From contig JAYWIR010000024.1 in the NCBI GenBank assembly GCA_036172245.1, positions 2,728,001 to 2,792,000 of the forward strand: 64,000 bases of DNA, given 5' to 3'. The notes below the pieces were generated by a model. The model was given only the letters and a program-made list of their open reading frames with translations, searched no databases and was not told the DNA's origin. Below, piece after piece: positions 38,701 to 50,128 of this stretch; the first letter of the stretch is position 1; every line of letters starts with the position of its first letter. Position numbers and translations under genes: made by a program. This stretch comes from Raillietiella orientalis. Its lineage: Eukaryota.

Positions 38701-41201
38701 ATGAGAGGCTAGAGGACTGCGCCGATCTGGCGGTGGGGAGGGAGGGGACAGGGCTGTCTTGTCTGTGACCGAGGTTGCAGGCTGTTCGCGGCACCGGCAG
38801 AGGTCGGGAGGGAAGGAAAGAGGGAGCGTGATCCGACAGGCAGAAGCGGAGGGGGACCGGCTGTGTGCCCGTGGCGCGGATGCCCGAACTGCGCCTCCTC
38901 CCCCCGGCGCTGGCTAAGGGGGAGGAGCGGCAGGAAGAGGAAGGGAATAAGATCAAAGCAAGGGTAGGAGAAGAAAGACGATGGAAGAGGTGGAGGAGGA
39001 GTGGTGCCGTAAGGGAACGAGGGGAAACAATGGAAGAAGGAGGAAGAGGAGTGAGTGGGTGGATCAACGGAACTGATTTGTCGGTATGCGGAAAACTCCC
39101 ACGAAGGGATCGGGAAGAGCGGATTTTTTCTCTCCGCAGGCGTTCTTTGTTGCGCCTCTCCTTGCCTTTTTTCTCTCTCTCCCGCTCTTGACGGAGTCCC
39201 GAGATGAGCGAAACGGAAGAGGAAGGGGGAAGAAGGGAAGAGGCGAATGAAGCAAGCGAGCCTGCGGCTGAAGCCCTCTTAGCAGGAACAGCAGAGTATA
39301 TCCTCCTCCTCCCCTTCCCCCACCCCCTCTAAATCCGCGTCCGTCCGGCGTCTTCGTGCCTCTTCGCTGTCGCCACGGATGCAGCCGCGTCCGTACCAGA
39401 GTGCCCAGAGCTTCATCCCCTCTCCCTCTCCTCCCCGTCCACCCGCCTCACCCTCCTCAGCAGAGGAGTCGTTTGACTGCTTCGCTCCCCCTCTTCGGGA
39501 GCGATTCCCGAAAGCCACGTGGTTGCACAGTGGTCGCCGGCGCATGCCTTCCCTCTGAGGGGAAAGTGTCGCCGAGAAGCATTGCCTCTTCCTCGCTTCC
39601 TGCCACGGCCCGCGCTGCACCCCAGAGGGCGTCCTTGGAAGGAGGGAGCTTCTCGCCCTGACTCCGTTCCGGATGCAGCGTAATTTACGGGTAGAAAAAA
39701 GCCGCCTTGCAAGAGGCTAGCCCCGCGCCCCTCCCTGTAGCTCAGGCCGCGAGGGGAGGGACCCCTTCTGGACTCCCTGCGACTCCCTTCCTCCTTTTTT
39801 TCCCCGTCCCGGGTTGGCTCGTCTGTGCACTCCCGGCCATACAAGGACGTCATTGGGAAGGTGGGAGGGGTCATTGGGAAGGTCGTAGGGTGGAAAAGGG
39901 GAGCTGATCTTGAGAGCTGGTTTCCGTCGCCCCATGTGGACGGCGGCGGTGCCGGTGCCACCTCGGGACTCCCGCCGAATTCCCGCAGCGAGATCGCTGC
40001 TGCCAGAGGGCACTGCGTGTCGGGATCTTCCACGCTCCCACCCCCTCCTCGAGAAGGGTGACGAGCGTCACAAAGGGGCGGGAAACTCCTGAGTTCCCGA
40101 CGAGCCGCCAGCAGCGTCCGTCAGCCTGCTATCCCCCCTCACCCTTTCCCTGTTATCCGCACGCTTTCCCTCCTTCCTCCCTTCCTGTTGGGGTGTCTCG
40201 AAGCGGCAGAGGGCCGGCTCCGGGAAGAACTCCCACACGAGCACTACCCTTCCCGAGGCTGCTCCTCGGACCAGACCCGGAAGGGAGGCTACACCACCAG
40301 CGGTTCTGATTGCCAGTGATCTGTGTTGCAGGTACCCGAAGTCGTGCACGCCTTTCCGCTGTGACATCACGTGCCAAGGTGAGTGAGATGATCGTGGCGC
40401 CTGCGGGGAGGGGGGGGGTGCTCCTTCCCCCGACTCTTGCTGGTGACGGTCGCTGCGCCTTCCTTCCCACGGGTGGGGAAGGGAACTGCCGCGTGGGCGT
40501 CTCTCCATACCTCGCACCGGACGGACACAGCGCTCTGCCCGCTGCGGTTCTTCACAGAGCCGAGGAGCAGAGAGGGGGTGCTGGAAGCTTCTTGTTCCGG
40601 CGGCAGCTGCCCCCTTCGCCTCCCGATGAGAGCCCGCGGCAGGGAGGCGGCACAGGAAATCCGGAGAGAGAGAGAGAGAGAGACGCTCTCAAGAGCGACC
40701 CCGCCAGCTCCCTCCCCCGTGGAAGACAATGGCCAGAGGGAAAGGGGCTCTCGGAAGTCGCCTCCGCCTCCTCGACCCCAGGATGCGAAGATGGGGCGCG
40801 CTCGCGCCGCTTCCTGCGTGAAGAAGCTGCGGACATCCGAGCGGCGACGCTTCCTCTCTCTCTCTCTCTCTCTCCCTCTCTCTCGGCCACCCCTCCCTCC
40901 CGATCACAAAAGGCGATACAGCAGCAGGAATGCGCTGTCCGTCTTTCCTGCCGCCGCCGCCAGGTGGAAGCGCGGAAGTCCACGCGGCGCTTCGCATGTC
41001 GCCGTCCGCAGTCCACGACTCAGAGGGCAACACCAGATGCTCCTGATTTTTCCTTTTCTCTCGGGAGAGGCGACTGCAGACGGCTCCTCCCCTCGCTCTC
41101 CACGGAAGGGGGAGGGGCACGGACACACCCAGGGCGACCTTTCCTTCCGGTCAGTCGGAAAGCTACGTCCTCCGCCCCCCTTCTCCTTCGTCCGCATGCA
41201 G

Positions 41202-41278
41202 GGGCGGCGCAACACTCAGGGGTCGCAAGACGCGCCACCCCGCTGGCCGGAAAGCACCCTCGACGATTACCGATGCAA
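41202..41278 (+). CDS. Candidate coding exon (GRRNTQGSQDAPPRWPESTLDDYR…)
   Basis: Pyrimidine-rich acceptor ttctccttcgtccgcatgcag|, phase 0. Either donor (GC at 41275 or GT at 41279) has a frame-compatible acceptor in the next exon. No recognised homology. Confidence 0.45.
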
Positions 41279-41528
41279 GTTTGTTGCTGTTGTGCTCATC
41301 GACCTCCGTCCGTTTTCTGACCAGAAAGAGCGCCCTTCGTTTTCGTTTTCTTCACCCCCACCCCGCCCCCTTTTGCCTGCCTGCAAGACGGTTTGCAGCC
41401 TTGCGCGCCCGAACCAGCCACACACGCTTGCGGTGACCACTGCCGACCTCCGTGCGAAAGTTTTCCCTGCTCGCACAAGAGCGCAGCGTTTGCTGGTCCG
41501 TTGAAAACGCTCTGTTCTGCCGTTTCAG

Positions 41529-41650
41529 ATGCCAAGGAGAGCGGCAGCCCTCTCACTTACAGCAGAAAAATGTCCTCTAGTCTTGCCAACCTCTTCAAGA
41601 CATTAAGCGTAAAGAAGAAGCAAAAGCACGTTTGTTGCAGGCAGAACAAT
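41529..41650 (+). CDS. Coding exon (…RKMSSSLANLFKTLSVKKKQKHVCCRQNN)
   Basis: Acceptor cgtttcag| at 41528 (alternative cacttacag| at 41562), donor AAT|GTAAGC, phase 0. Basic amphipathic segment in the position expected for the SASH1/SKIP basic motif. Confidence 0.7.
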
Positions 41651-42042
41651 GTAAGCATGGGTTCCAAATGCTTTAGGTTGCCTAGAGATATGCCGAATGT
41701 CTTGACAAGATCCAGTACGGAGGAAAGTCTTAACAAGGTAGTAACAGGGTTGCGGTCGTGAGGGAGGCATGGAGATGAAAGGCTTAAGCCGTTTTGCACA
41801 CACGAGTCGCCATTTTCGTGCGTCCTCTCGACAGAGGATCCCAGTAACTGCTTGCTTCTTTCCGCCGTGGTGCCACCTTCCTTTGCTCTGTTCCCATCTC
41901 TGCTTTTTGTTTTCTTTCTTCCCTTTTTTTTTTTTGAAGCCCTTTGATGTGTCTCTTGCCTGATCTGCATGTAGCCTGTACACCTTCTGAAACACATCCC
42001 GATTTGTAAGCGTTTACTTTTCTTTTTTTCGGGTCTACTTAG

Positions 42043-42159
42043 AACCTAGCGGCGGATCCTCTCATCACTCCGGCCAGTCCTAGCATGATGCTGCCATCTG
42101 CCCACTTGAAAACGAACTCCAGCGAGCAGAAGATCACCGTCAGCGAAGCCCTTAAAAAG
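42043..42159 (+). CDS. Coding exon (NLAADP…EQKITVSEALKK)
   Basis: Acceptor after a long T tract (…tacttag|), donor AAG|GTGACT, phase 0/0. QKITVSEALKK parallels recalled SASH1 KMITIEEALAR. Confidence 0.8.
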
Positions 42160-42281
42160 GTGACTCCCGAATTCCTTCTCCCTTGCTTGTTTGCTTTTGT
42201 CTGTTGTGATTACGTTCAGACGCAAAAGAATGTGTCCTCCAAGCTGTCGAGCACTAATTCTGGTTTTGTTTTCATACCTAG

Positions 42282-42332
42282 CTGAGAGATATGGAAAGGA
42301 AAAGGGAAAGTTCCATCTTGGATAGCTCTCAG
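42282..42332 (+). CDS. Coding exon (LRDMERKRESSILDSSQ)
   Basis: ttttgttttcatacctag| … CAG|GTAAAA, 51 nt, phase 0/0. Parallels the recalled SASH1 continuation LKEYEAQHRQS. Confidence 0.75.
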
Positions 42333-43766
42333 GTAAAACCTTCAAAGGAATGCCTGTTCGGACGGTGCCTGCTCCCGTGAAAGCTTCCTCTCCTTGGGAT
42401 CAGATTTCCCTGCTTAGGGTCAGCGTCACTGCGGTTTGGTGCGGCGTCACCCACGTGAACGCGCCCCCCTCCGACTCGTCCTCCAGCGTAAACCGAGAGA
42501 ACCCTGCCCGCTCTTCCCTTCCTCACCCGATCCCTTGCAAGCAAGTCCTTTCCGACGACCTCTGAATCTCCAGAAATTTGTCTTTCTCGGTGGCCACGTC
42601 CTGTGGATTCCAGACCGTCCCTCCCCCCGGTGGAATTCCCGAGAGTGAAACCGGGGATGCTTGGAACCAGCTCGAGCGAGATGCGCCTCCCGCTTCATTT
42701 TATGGTCGCTGATAGGATCGCATCCATTTTCCCGTTTTGGTGGATGCTGATGACCGGAGAAATGATCTCTGATCTCTGGAAAGCGAGGGGAGGAGGGGAG
42801 GTTAATTAACTCCGTTTTTGCTGGTTATGAAAAACCGCCGCCGGCGTGCTCGTGCCATTTGCTTTGGTTATGCCATCCAGGAACCCCATTCATCAACTTC
42901 CAAACATCCCTCGTTTCTCTTCTCCCAAATAAATCGAATCTGCGGACGAACATTAAGTACCTGCATCATAAATATTCCTTCCGGGTTCCGGAGATGAAAC
43001 TACCAAGGAGGATACGGTAATTCTGCGCCGGATGCAAGTCAACTCGAATGCGAAAATCGGTGACAGCAGTTACTGCGGATTTATTCCCGTCCATTTATCT
43101 TCCTCCACGTGGCGTGCGCTGAACGGGAAGCAAACCACTTTGAATTGCAATCACGGGGAAGGTCCTTGTCTGTTCGCTGCCGCTCAAAATGCCGGAGCAC
43201 TCCAGTGCGTCTGGCCTCTTCCCGGACGGGCGAATTCGACGATGGGATGAATCGCGCCGGCAGTCCATGTCTTCAGCCGGGTCCCCGCCGCTTCCTGGCC
43301 CACAGGCGGGACGAACGGCGAGATCGATCTGGACGGAGAAGCGTTCTCGCGTTCGGACCAGTGCCTCTGCGGAGCGAGGCCGAGACCTGCCGAAGCGTGG
43401 TCGGCGGGCAAGGCACCCGGTTCCCTCGCAAAGCACGGACGGATCCCCTATGCGCTCCCCTTCCCTCCCTTGTTCCCCCTTCGGCTAACTCGTTCCTCAC
43501 CCTCGAGGCAAGCGATATGCCGCGTGGCGGTGGCGCGCGCTGCGATTCGACCCGCTGGCTGGTCGGCGATCCCGTTTGGGAAGCCGCTGCCACTCCCAGG
43601 AGAGCGTGGCGTGTGGTTGGGGCAGGGAAGCGAATCGAAGGGATGATGCCACGGCAAGAGTCTCCCAAGTCACGGGGTCAGAGCGCGGCGTTCTTTCGCG
43701 CCTTTTCGCGCAGCCGCCTCACGGTTCCCGTGCTGCCCAAAGAAGTCTCTCTGTCTTGTCTTCCAG

Positions 43767-43839
43767 ATGTCCCACCAGTTCACGCAGGACCTGTCAGCTG
43801 AACACAAGCCAGCTCCTCGTTTCTGCACAGAGGATTCGG
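43767..43839 (+). CDS. Coding exon (MSHQFTQDLSAEHKPAPRFCTEDS)
   Basis: Strong acceptor ctgtcttgtcttccag|, donor G|GTACGA. 73 nt, and it supplies exactly the phase 0 to 1 bridge needed between its neighbours. Confidence 0.65.
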
Positions 43840-44074
43840 GTACGAAGGATGTCTTTGATTTGCTAGGCCTAGACAAGTGTGAACCCGGCTGACTCTGATC
43901 AGCTTTCGCAAAAGAATACAAATGTGTCATCATCAAGACTATCATTTTTTCATTTATCGTAACGAATGCTGTTGGAATGAAAGCCCTACCAGCTTCATTC
44001 TACAGAGCATTAGCGCTCCATACTATACGCGTAGGATGATGACTTGAGTTTGGCTCCGCGTTCTTCTGATGCAG

Positions 44075-44207
44075 GGTCCCCCTTGCGTACAGGCTGTTCA
44101 GAGAATGGCACGCTTATCTCGTCCCATCCTCCGTGGTACGACGACCCTTGCGATAGCAGCGAATCCGAGGAAATGTGGGTTGTTAGGAACGTCCGGGACG
44201 CATATAG
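44075..44207 (+). CDS. Coding exon (…HPPWYDDPCDSSESEE…)
   Basis: ttcttctgatgcag|, phase 1. WYDDP resembles the recalled arthropod SKIP WYDEP motif. Donor AG|GTGGGT at 44208, with an alternative in-phase AT|GTGGGT at 44175. Confidence 0.7.
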
Positions 44208-44288
44208 GTGGGTCCACTCCTTTTTCTCATCCTAAGCTTGAAGGAGGGGAAATCGGAAGAAAAAAAACAAAAACAAATGTGGTTGCAG

Positions 44289-44538
44289 CGGTCGAGCGGC
44301 AGCGGATGAGAGGTGCGAGGACCTGCTGGCGGGCAGTGACGTCGTCAGCTCGCCGAAGAGCAGCGTTGCGAATCCCTACAAGGACGCGGCCGTGAAGTAC
44401 GACTTTCAGCAGGAATCTCCGGAGGGCTTCCGCTTTGCCTGCAAGCCAGTGTTGCTGCCTTGCCCCGGGGATCCAGGCGCCGATCTCGTGGACAACTCCT
44501 GCTACCTGGGCAGAGTGAGGACCGACTACAACGACCAG
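44289..44538 (+). CDS. Coding exon (GRAAADERCEDLLAG…RVRTDYNDQ)
   Basis: ggttgcag|, phase 2, matching the upstream donor. Open frame with GC3-rich codons. Donor CAG|GTACGT, phase 0. Confidence 0.7.
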
Positions 44539-45599
44539 GTACGTCACCACGTGGTCCTTCCGGGCGACCGCATGTGCTCGTTTCATGCTCAGCGCTGACC
44601 CGCCGTTAGCGATTCTTCCTTGCCCCAAGAAGAGTGCTGTGCGTGCACATTAGCGCCTCCATTAGCGCTGCTTTCCGAAATAGCGACTCACGTGACCGAG
44701 CTGCACCGAACCGGTTTGGCAGCCGTGAAGCAACTACCAAGAGCAGACCGATTTTTATCTTTCGCATCCAAAGATGTTTCAGCCCTCGCTTGTCGCAGTT
44801 GCACGTTTCCGTACGGTGTGGCCCTCGGCGCAGTTTGCGAGCTCTTGAGGGGTTGACCCGACGCGTAAACGAAATGACAGCTGTGACCTGAACGCCAAGG
44901 AAAGGAGGACCTCACAAGAGGGAAAAAATAAATGAAAAAAACAAAAAAAAACAAAAAACAAACAGAGAGGGACAGAAGGCAAGGGGGGGGGGGGAGAGGG
45001 AGAGAGAAAAGCACGAAGGATGGGCAGTCCACGAAAAGTTTTAGAGCCTTGGCGAGCAGGAAAATCCTCGCGCGATCTCGGAGTCCCACCTTACCCCACG
45101 CAAAGGAGAAGCAGAAGCGAAAGCACGGTGGACAACATCCCCCTTTGCAGTGGCGCTTCTCGCGAGACCGCTGCAGCCGACGCGCACTTCGCAGTGCCGT
45201 CGTAGTCGAGTCACGTGCTCCGGCTCCTAGGAGCACTTAAGCCCAACTTGGCGGAGGGACGCCCTCCCCAGAACTGAAACCCGGAAGCCACTTCGCCGAT
45301 TTATCGCTTTCTTCTCCGCGGGAACCAAAAAAAAAGGCGGGTGGGAGGGGGGTGTTTTCAGCCTCCCTTATGAGCTCTTGTCGGCTGAAACCGTCCTTCC
45401 GAGCAGCGGGCCCTCATCCTGTCGAACGCACCTTCAAGAGATGACCCCAGCGCCTCACCTGAGTCGGTCGATGCGGTCACTGATCACTCGAGCACGCAAG
45501 GACGATTCCGGCGTCAGCGAAGGGGGCGCCACTCGAACCGCAGCCGTGGACCATCCACTCACCAACCGCTAGCGTTTTCCCTCCTCGCATGGGAGGACT

Positions 45600-48500
45600 C
45601 CTGGGTCTGGCTGACCAGCGTGCTCCCCGCTAGGAGCGACTCTCCCGCCGAGTGCGCGCTTGCGCATACGATCTTCTGGAGGGAGATGTGACCGTCAGCT
45701 CTGGTGTGGCTCTTCGCCTCAAGGCGTCTGTCGTCGCGGTCCAGAATCCGAGGTTCGGGGCGTGCGGGAGGGGTGCCGTGCTTGCGTCACCACTCGCGGT
45801 CTTTGGAGCGCTCCAGCCGGTGCTGCCACGTCCCCGGGAATCGCTTGCACGAAGATCCCCCGTATGTGAGGACCTCCTTTCGCGAAACCAAAGCTCTCGC
45901 CGTCCCAGACACGGGATCTCGTTGCACGGAAAGCACCTAGCAGCCTCCGGCACAAGTGCGACCTCCGTCCATGCATTTGGGAACACTGAAGCATGGAGGT
46001 AACGCGAGAACTTCCTTTGTAGTCATCGCCCCTGGAGGCTTCAGCGACCTTTTCCTCCGGGTGTGTTTAATCCTCCTGGGAGCAGGGCTCGTTTGCACGG
46101 CAAGCGTCTGCGTACTTCCCTCCCCCCTGCAGCCCCTTGAGCGGCGTCTTGCACGCGGGCAGGATGTGAGGCGGTCGGTGGTGCCGCAGCATTCCCATGG
46201 GACGTTGTGGGACCTTGCGAGCTTGCCCCCAGTCGCTTTCGCCTGCTCTCAGTCCAACCGGTTCGTGGTTTTGCCCGGCAGCGTCGCGTGATTCCCGCAT
46301 GCATGAAAGCACGGGGTGTCTGCCAGGTGCTGTCCACGAATTAACCATCAGCTGGAAAATCACTTCAAAGGGAAGAGTAATCGGTTCCTTCTCATTAAGC
46401 AGAGCGCGGTCGCACACAAAAGCGATGGGCGGTATTTACCGAGGTGCATGATCTCTTGCTCAGACTCTTTGTGTCCTCCCCCGGACCTCGACGCCAGGGC
46501 TGGAAAGCAAGTTAGCCTCGCGCGCCCGAATTCGGGGTCCCTCATTCTCGCGCACCAGAATGCCTGGCGCGCAAAAGGGCAGGGGTAGTGGAAGCAGGCG
46601 GGGGTAGGAGAGGGGGAGTTCGCCATCCAGGGTTTCGCATGCGACTTCTTTCGAGGGTCCCAGCTGCTGCATCTGCGTCCGTTCGAATTTCGCCGTCTCT
46701 TTCGCTTGACTTTCGAGCGCGCACGAGCCTTGTAGGCGGCGCTGCTCCTGGGAGTTGCACCGGGCTACCGGAGACTGGGGAGCGCAGCCGACCCTCCCGG
46801 ATTTTTTCCGCTCGAGTGGGCGCTCTGAACGTTCCGGTCTTCCTCTCCTGGGAGACGAACAGGGATGCCCGGCTTCGCAGAGAACGCTCTTGCGTTTGGA
46901 ACACTGGTCTCTTCACCTAAAGGAAGTCGAAGCAAGGATGCTGCGGCTCCAGTCTCTTTTCCGAGAACCTCCCTTTGCTGTCCTGCCGGAGAGGGACCCA
47001 ACTCGCTCCCTTCCCGGAACCGGTTGCTCTCCCGGTGCATTAAGCTCCAGGCATGGTCAAGGAGGCGGCTGGTTAGCAGGGAAGCAAACCAGAACCCCTT
47101 TTTCTTCCCCGTTGATCGGTCTCTCTTCCTCTTCCTTTTCCTCCCACCAGGTAACGTGCTGTAGCTCTTCGCAGATCCGCTGTTCTTCCTTCTCCCAGAA
47201 GTGGAGGGAACGCCGAGCGCGCGCGCGCCGTGGTGCCGCTCCAGTCAGCTCCGATTCGTGGGAGTCTCCCAACTGCTTCTTGGCCAGGGGTCTGCTGTCA
47301 CGCTTCTAGCGTGTGGTCGATGCGTGGGGCGGATTTGAACCTCCCCCGTTTCGCTGCACCATCCAAGACCGTGCTCCCTGCTTCCCGTTGCAGTCCGGAA
47401 GCAGTCCCGCACCCGTCTCGTGCTCGATGGCTATCATTGGCCAGAGGTTGATCGAAACGGGATGCGCGATCGAGTCTCCCTTCCCTCCCCCACGTGGCCT
47501 CCTGCTTTGTAAGTCTTGTAAGTCCCCGATCCTGCTCCCACGTTCCATCTCAGAGGGAGAACCCCTTCTTTATTGTTCCGCGAGATGGCGCTCCACGTCT
47601 TCGGCATCCGCGCAGGCCGCTCTTCGCACGCGGTCAATCAATCCCCTTCGTCCCAAGTGTTTCCCACACCACCCAGCGCCACGGCCGACCGTCTTCCTTC
47701 ACCGAACCACAAGCTCCACTGGTGCTTTTGCCTTGCCGCACGTCCATCAGCGGACGGCGAGCTCGACTGAGGCGACATCGCACTCTTCGCCCAACTGTAC
47801 AGAAAGAGATAATGTCTTTGGCGTGGTTCCACGCATTCTCAGCATGGGACCCCTCGCACATGAGGGGGCTGGAGAAAGTCTTTCAGCGTTTTCGTCTCTT
47901 CATTGTTTCTGTTGGTTACTTTTCCAGTCCACATCTTTTGCTTCGTCTACTTCTACGTTCTCAGGAAGTCATGGAGCTCTCCGGAAAACTCGAGAGGGGT
48001 TTCTTCGCCGCGTGGGAACTTGGTTCGTCTTCTCCGGAGCGATTGCCCTTGTCTTCCGACAGCTCTTCCAGTATGCCCTTCTTTTTCGCAGCTTTCCGTG
48101 GATCTCTGTGTGCATCCGAGTGTTCCGGAATGCGTTCTCTCAGCTCCGTAATCACAGGTGCCGCTACGCTTCGGTCCATGGAGTCTTCCGAAAATGCACA
48201 TCGGATCTCGAGCGCCTCCCGGTTAGGAGACCCCGCCCCACCTTCAGTCGAGGTTTGTCGGCGAGCAGAAGGATTGGCCCTCCCGATCTGCTTACCTCCG
48301 TTTCCGCCCTCTTGCCCGTGCTTTGCCGCAGTTTCTTTCGAGGTCCTTTGAGGAGTTTTTGCCTCCTTGTTCAGTCCTCCGCCTAATCGCGTGGGATCGG
48401 ACCCCCTGCGAAACTCCCCACCGGAGGGCCTTCTGAAGAAGCACCGGTACCGCGGCATTACAAGTCTGTCGAGTGGCGTGCCCGCCTCGGGCAATGGGTA

Positions 48501-48800
48501 ACGCAAAGTGTCCCTTGATTTCTTTGTGGTCCGGAAGCGAATGAAGCGTCAGGAGTGAGGAGGAAGAGTGAAGGCGCCAGATAGGACAGGCAATTCTCCT
48601 TTCCTCCTCCTATCAGCTGCCCATCCCGAACGGCGCGAAACCGTGACCCGTCCGAAGTTGGACCACTGTCTAACTTCGGACGTGCTGAAGGACCTAGCAC
48701 GTGTTGAAGGGACGAACATTCCAAAGGAACGCATCGGGTTACATGACGCGGGAAGAATCGCGTCACCCACCAGTTTCTTCCTCACCCGGACCGCGAAGCG
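45600..48800 (-). mobile_element. Highly decayed L1/Tx1-like ORF2 remnant
   Basis: Minus fragments in order: GEDEPSS (~48030), SSPSADG (KSPGPDG-like, ~47755), DLQDLQSRRP (DLKNWRP-like, ~47510). Confidence 0.35.
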
Positions 48801-49195
48801 CTTTTCTCCCGCGAAGTGTTCTCCCCTTATATGTTAGGTGTTTGCGATGGGCAAAGGTCATCAAGAAGTGTTCCCGTCCTCGCCCTCCCTCATCTCTCTC
48901 TTTGCTGAGGGAGATGAGATGGCGATGACGTCTCCGTGGAGACTGAGGGAATCAGATGACCAGGTCGAAAGGGCACCTGTCCCAGTACCACCGGAGAACC
49001 TCGGAGTTTCCCTGCCTTCCCTCTCCAGCAACAGGCAGCGAGGTCTCGACTGCCCCGGTTTCCGGTCTGGAGAAGAGGGAGAGAACCGCGTGGGCGGCCC
49101 TCGTCCCTCTCGCTCCTGTAACGTGATCTCCGCCAATCGTCTCTTCGCTTCCTCCTGCGAGCTTTCCCGTTCCCGTTTCACCTGGTTTCTTGCAG

Positions 49196-49531
49196 CTGAA
49201 AGGGAAGCTCCTGATCCATCCCACCGGTTTCCTGGAGAAAATGAGGGACATGGGAAGAGACCTCCAGAAGAAAATCTTCCGCTTTCGCAGCTCGGTTTCC
49301 TTGGATTCCGCCGCGTTCTACGACAAGAGGTCCCATTCCACGGAGATGTCAAAGAGCTCGGAGAGCAGCGTTTCCCCGCAAGAGATACCCAGGCAGCTGC
49401 TGCCACCAGCCGCCCTGGACTTCCGGGTGCACCGGGTCGATGGCTCTCTGAGGGAAGTGGCGATCGCCAGAGCTCGTGCCCTGGTGGACTGCGCCCCGGA
49501 ACCCCGCGACCGCAGCACCCTGCGCTTCCTG
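49196..49531 (+). CDS. Coding exon: SLY-like segment and first part of the SH3 domain
   Basis: ggtttcttgcag| LKGKLL…EKMRDMGRDLQKKIFRFR…IARARALVDCAPEPRDRSTLRFL |GTGAGC, phase 0/0. Parallels recalled SASH1 [22 protein letters not shown]. Confidence 0.85.
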
Positions 49532-49589
49532 GTGAGCCGGCGAACCCGTCTGGATCCCGGTTTTTTCTAAGGGGTCCCCGGCGAAAAAG

Positions 49590-49823
49590 AGGGGGGACAT
49601 CGTCGATGTCCTGGAGATGCGTCCCTCCGGGGTGTGTCGGGGAGCGGCCAACGGCCGGATCGGGTATTTCAACTTCGCCCACGTGGACGTTTTCGCCCCC
49701 GCCGGCCCGCACGGCCCGCAGGAGCAGCAGCCGCTCTCCTCGCACGCGCTTTCCGAAGGAAGGCGACCCGCCAGCGTGGAGGAAGAATTCCTGCGGATGG
49801 GCCAGCAACAGCAGCAGCAGAAG
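49590..49823 (+). CDS. Coding exon: second part of SH3 and start of the C-terminal SAM
   Basis: RGDIVDVLEMRPSGVCRGAANGRIGYFNFAHVDVF…PASVEEEFLRMG parallels recalled [35 protein letters not shown]…PKSVEDLLDRIN. Acceptor aag| at 49589 (in-frame alternative at 49571), donor AAG|GTAGAC. Confidence 0.85.
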
Positions 49824-49867
49824 GTAGACATTCGGCCCTGCCGCCGTGCGAGCTTCCCCTCCCCCAG

Positions 49868-50128
49868 GAACGAGAGTCGCTGCTGCTCCTCCACGGATAC
49901 GAGAAAGAGGTCCCCCAGAACGTTCCCGAGGTCAGGAAGCAGGTCAAGGACGTCCTGTTCGACTTGGGCTCCGGCGACGTTGGCCAGCGCCAGCATCTCC
50001 TGGACACAGCCGCCGAGCAGCAGCTGCGCGCACGCGACCGGAGGCAGCACCACCACCACCACCAGGCGGCAGCGGCGGCTGTGGCGGTCTACTCGGCGGA
50101 CAGTGGATACGGAAGTCCGGCACCCTGA
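49868..50128 (+). CDS. Terminal coding exon: degenerate SAM, His/Ala tracts, DSGYGS, stop
   Basis: cttcccctcccccag| ERESLLLLHGYE…LFDLGSGDVGQRQHLLDTA parallels recalled EHMPTFLFNGYE…LDELNIRDPEHRAVLLTA. TGA at 50126-50128. Confidence 0.8.
   Translation, partial: ERESLLLLHGYEKEVPQNVPEVRKQVKDVLFDLGSGDVGQRQHLLDTAAEQQLRARDRRQHHHHHQAAAAAVAVYSADSGYGSPAP

Noticed and set aside
44034..44069. C-box (ATGATGA) and D-box (CTGA) pair in an intron
   Set aside because: Only about 35 nt in total and abutting the acceptor, too short for a C/D snoRNA.
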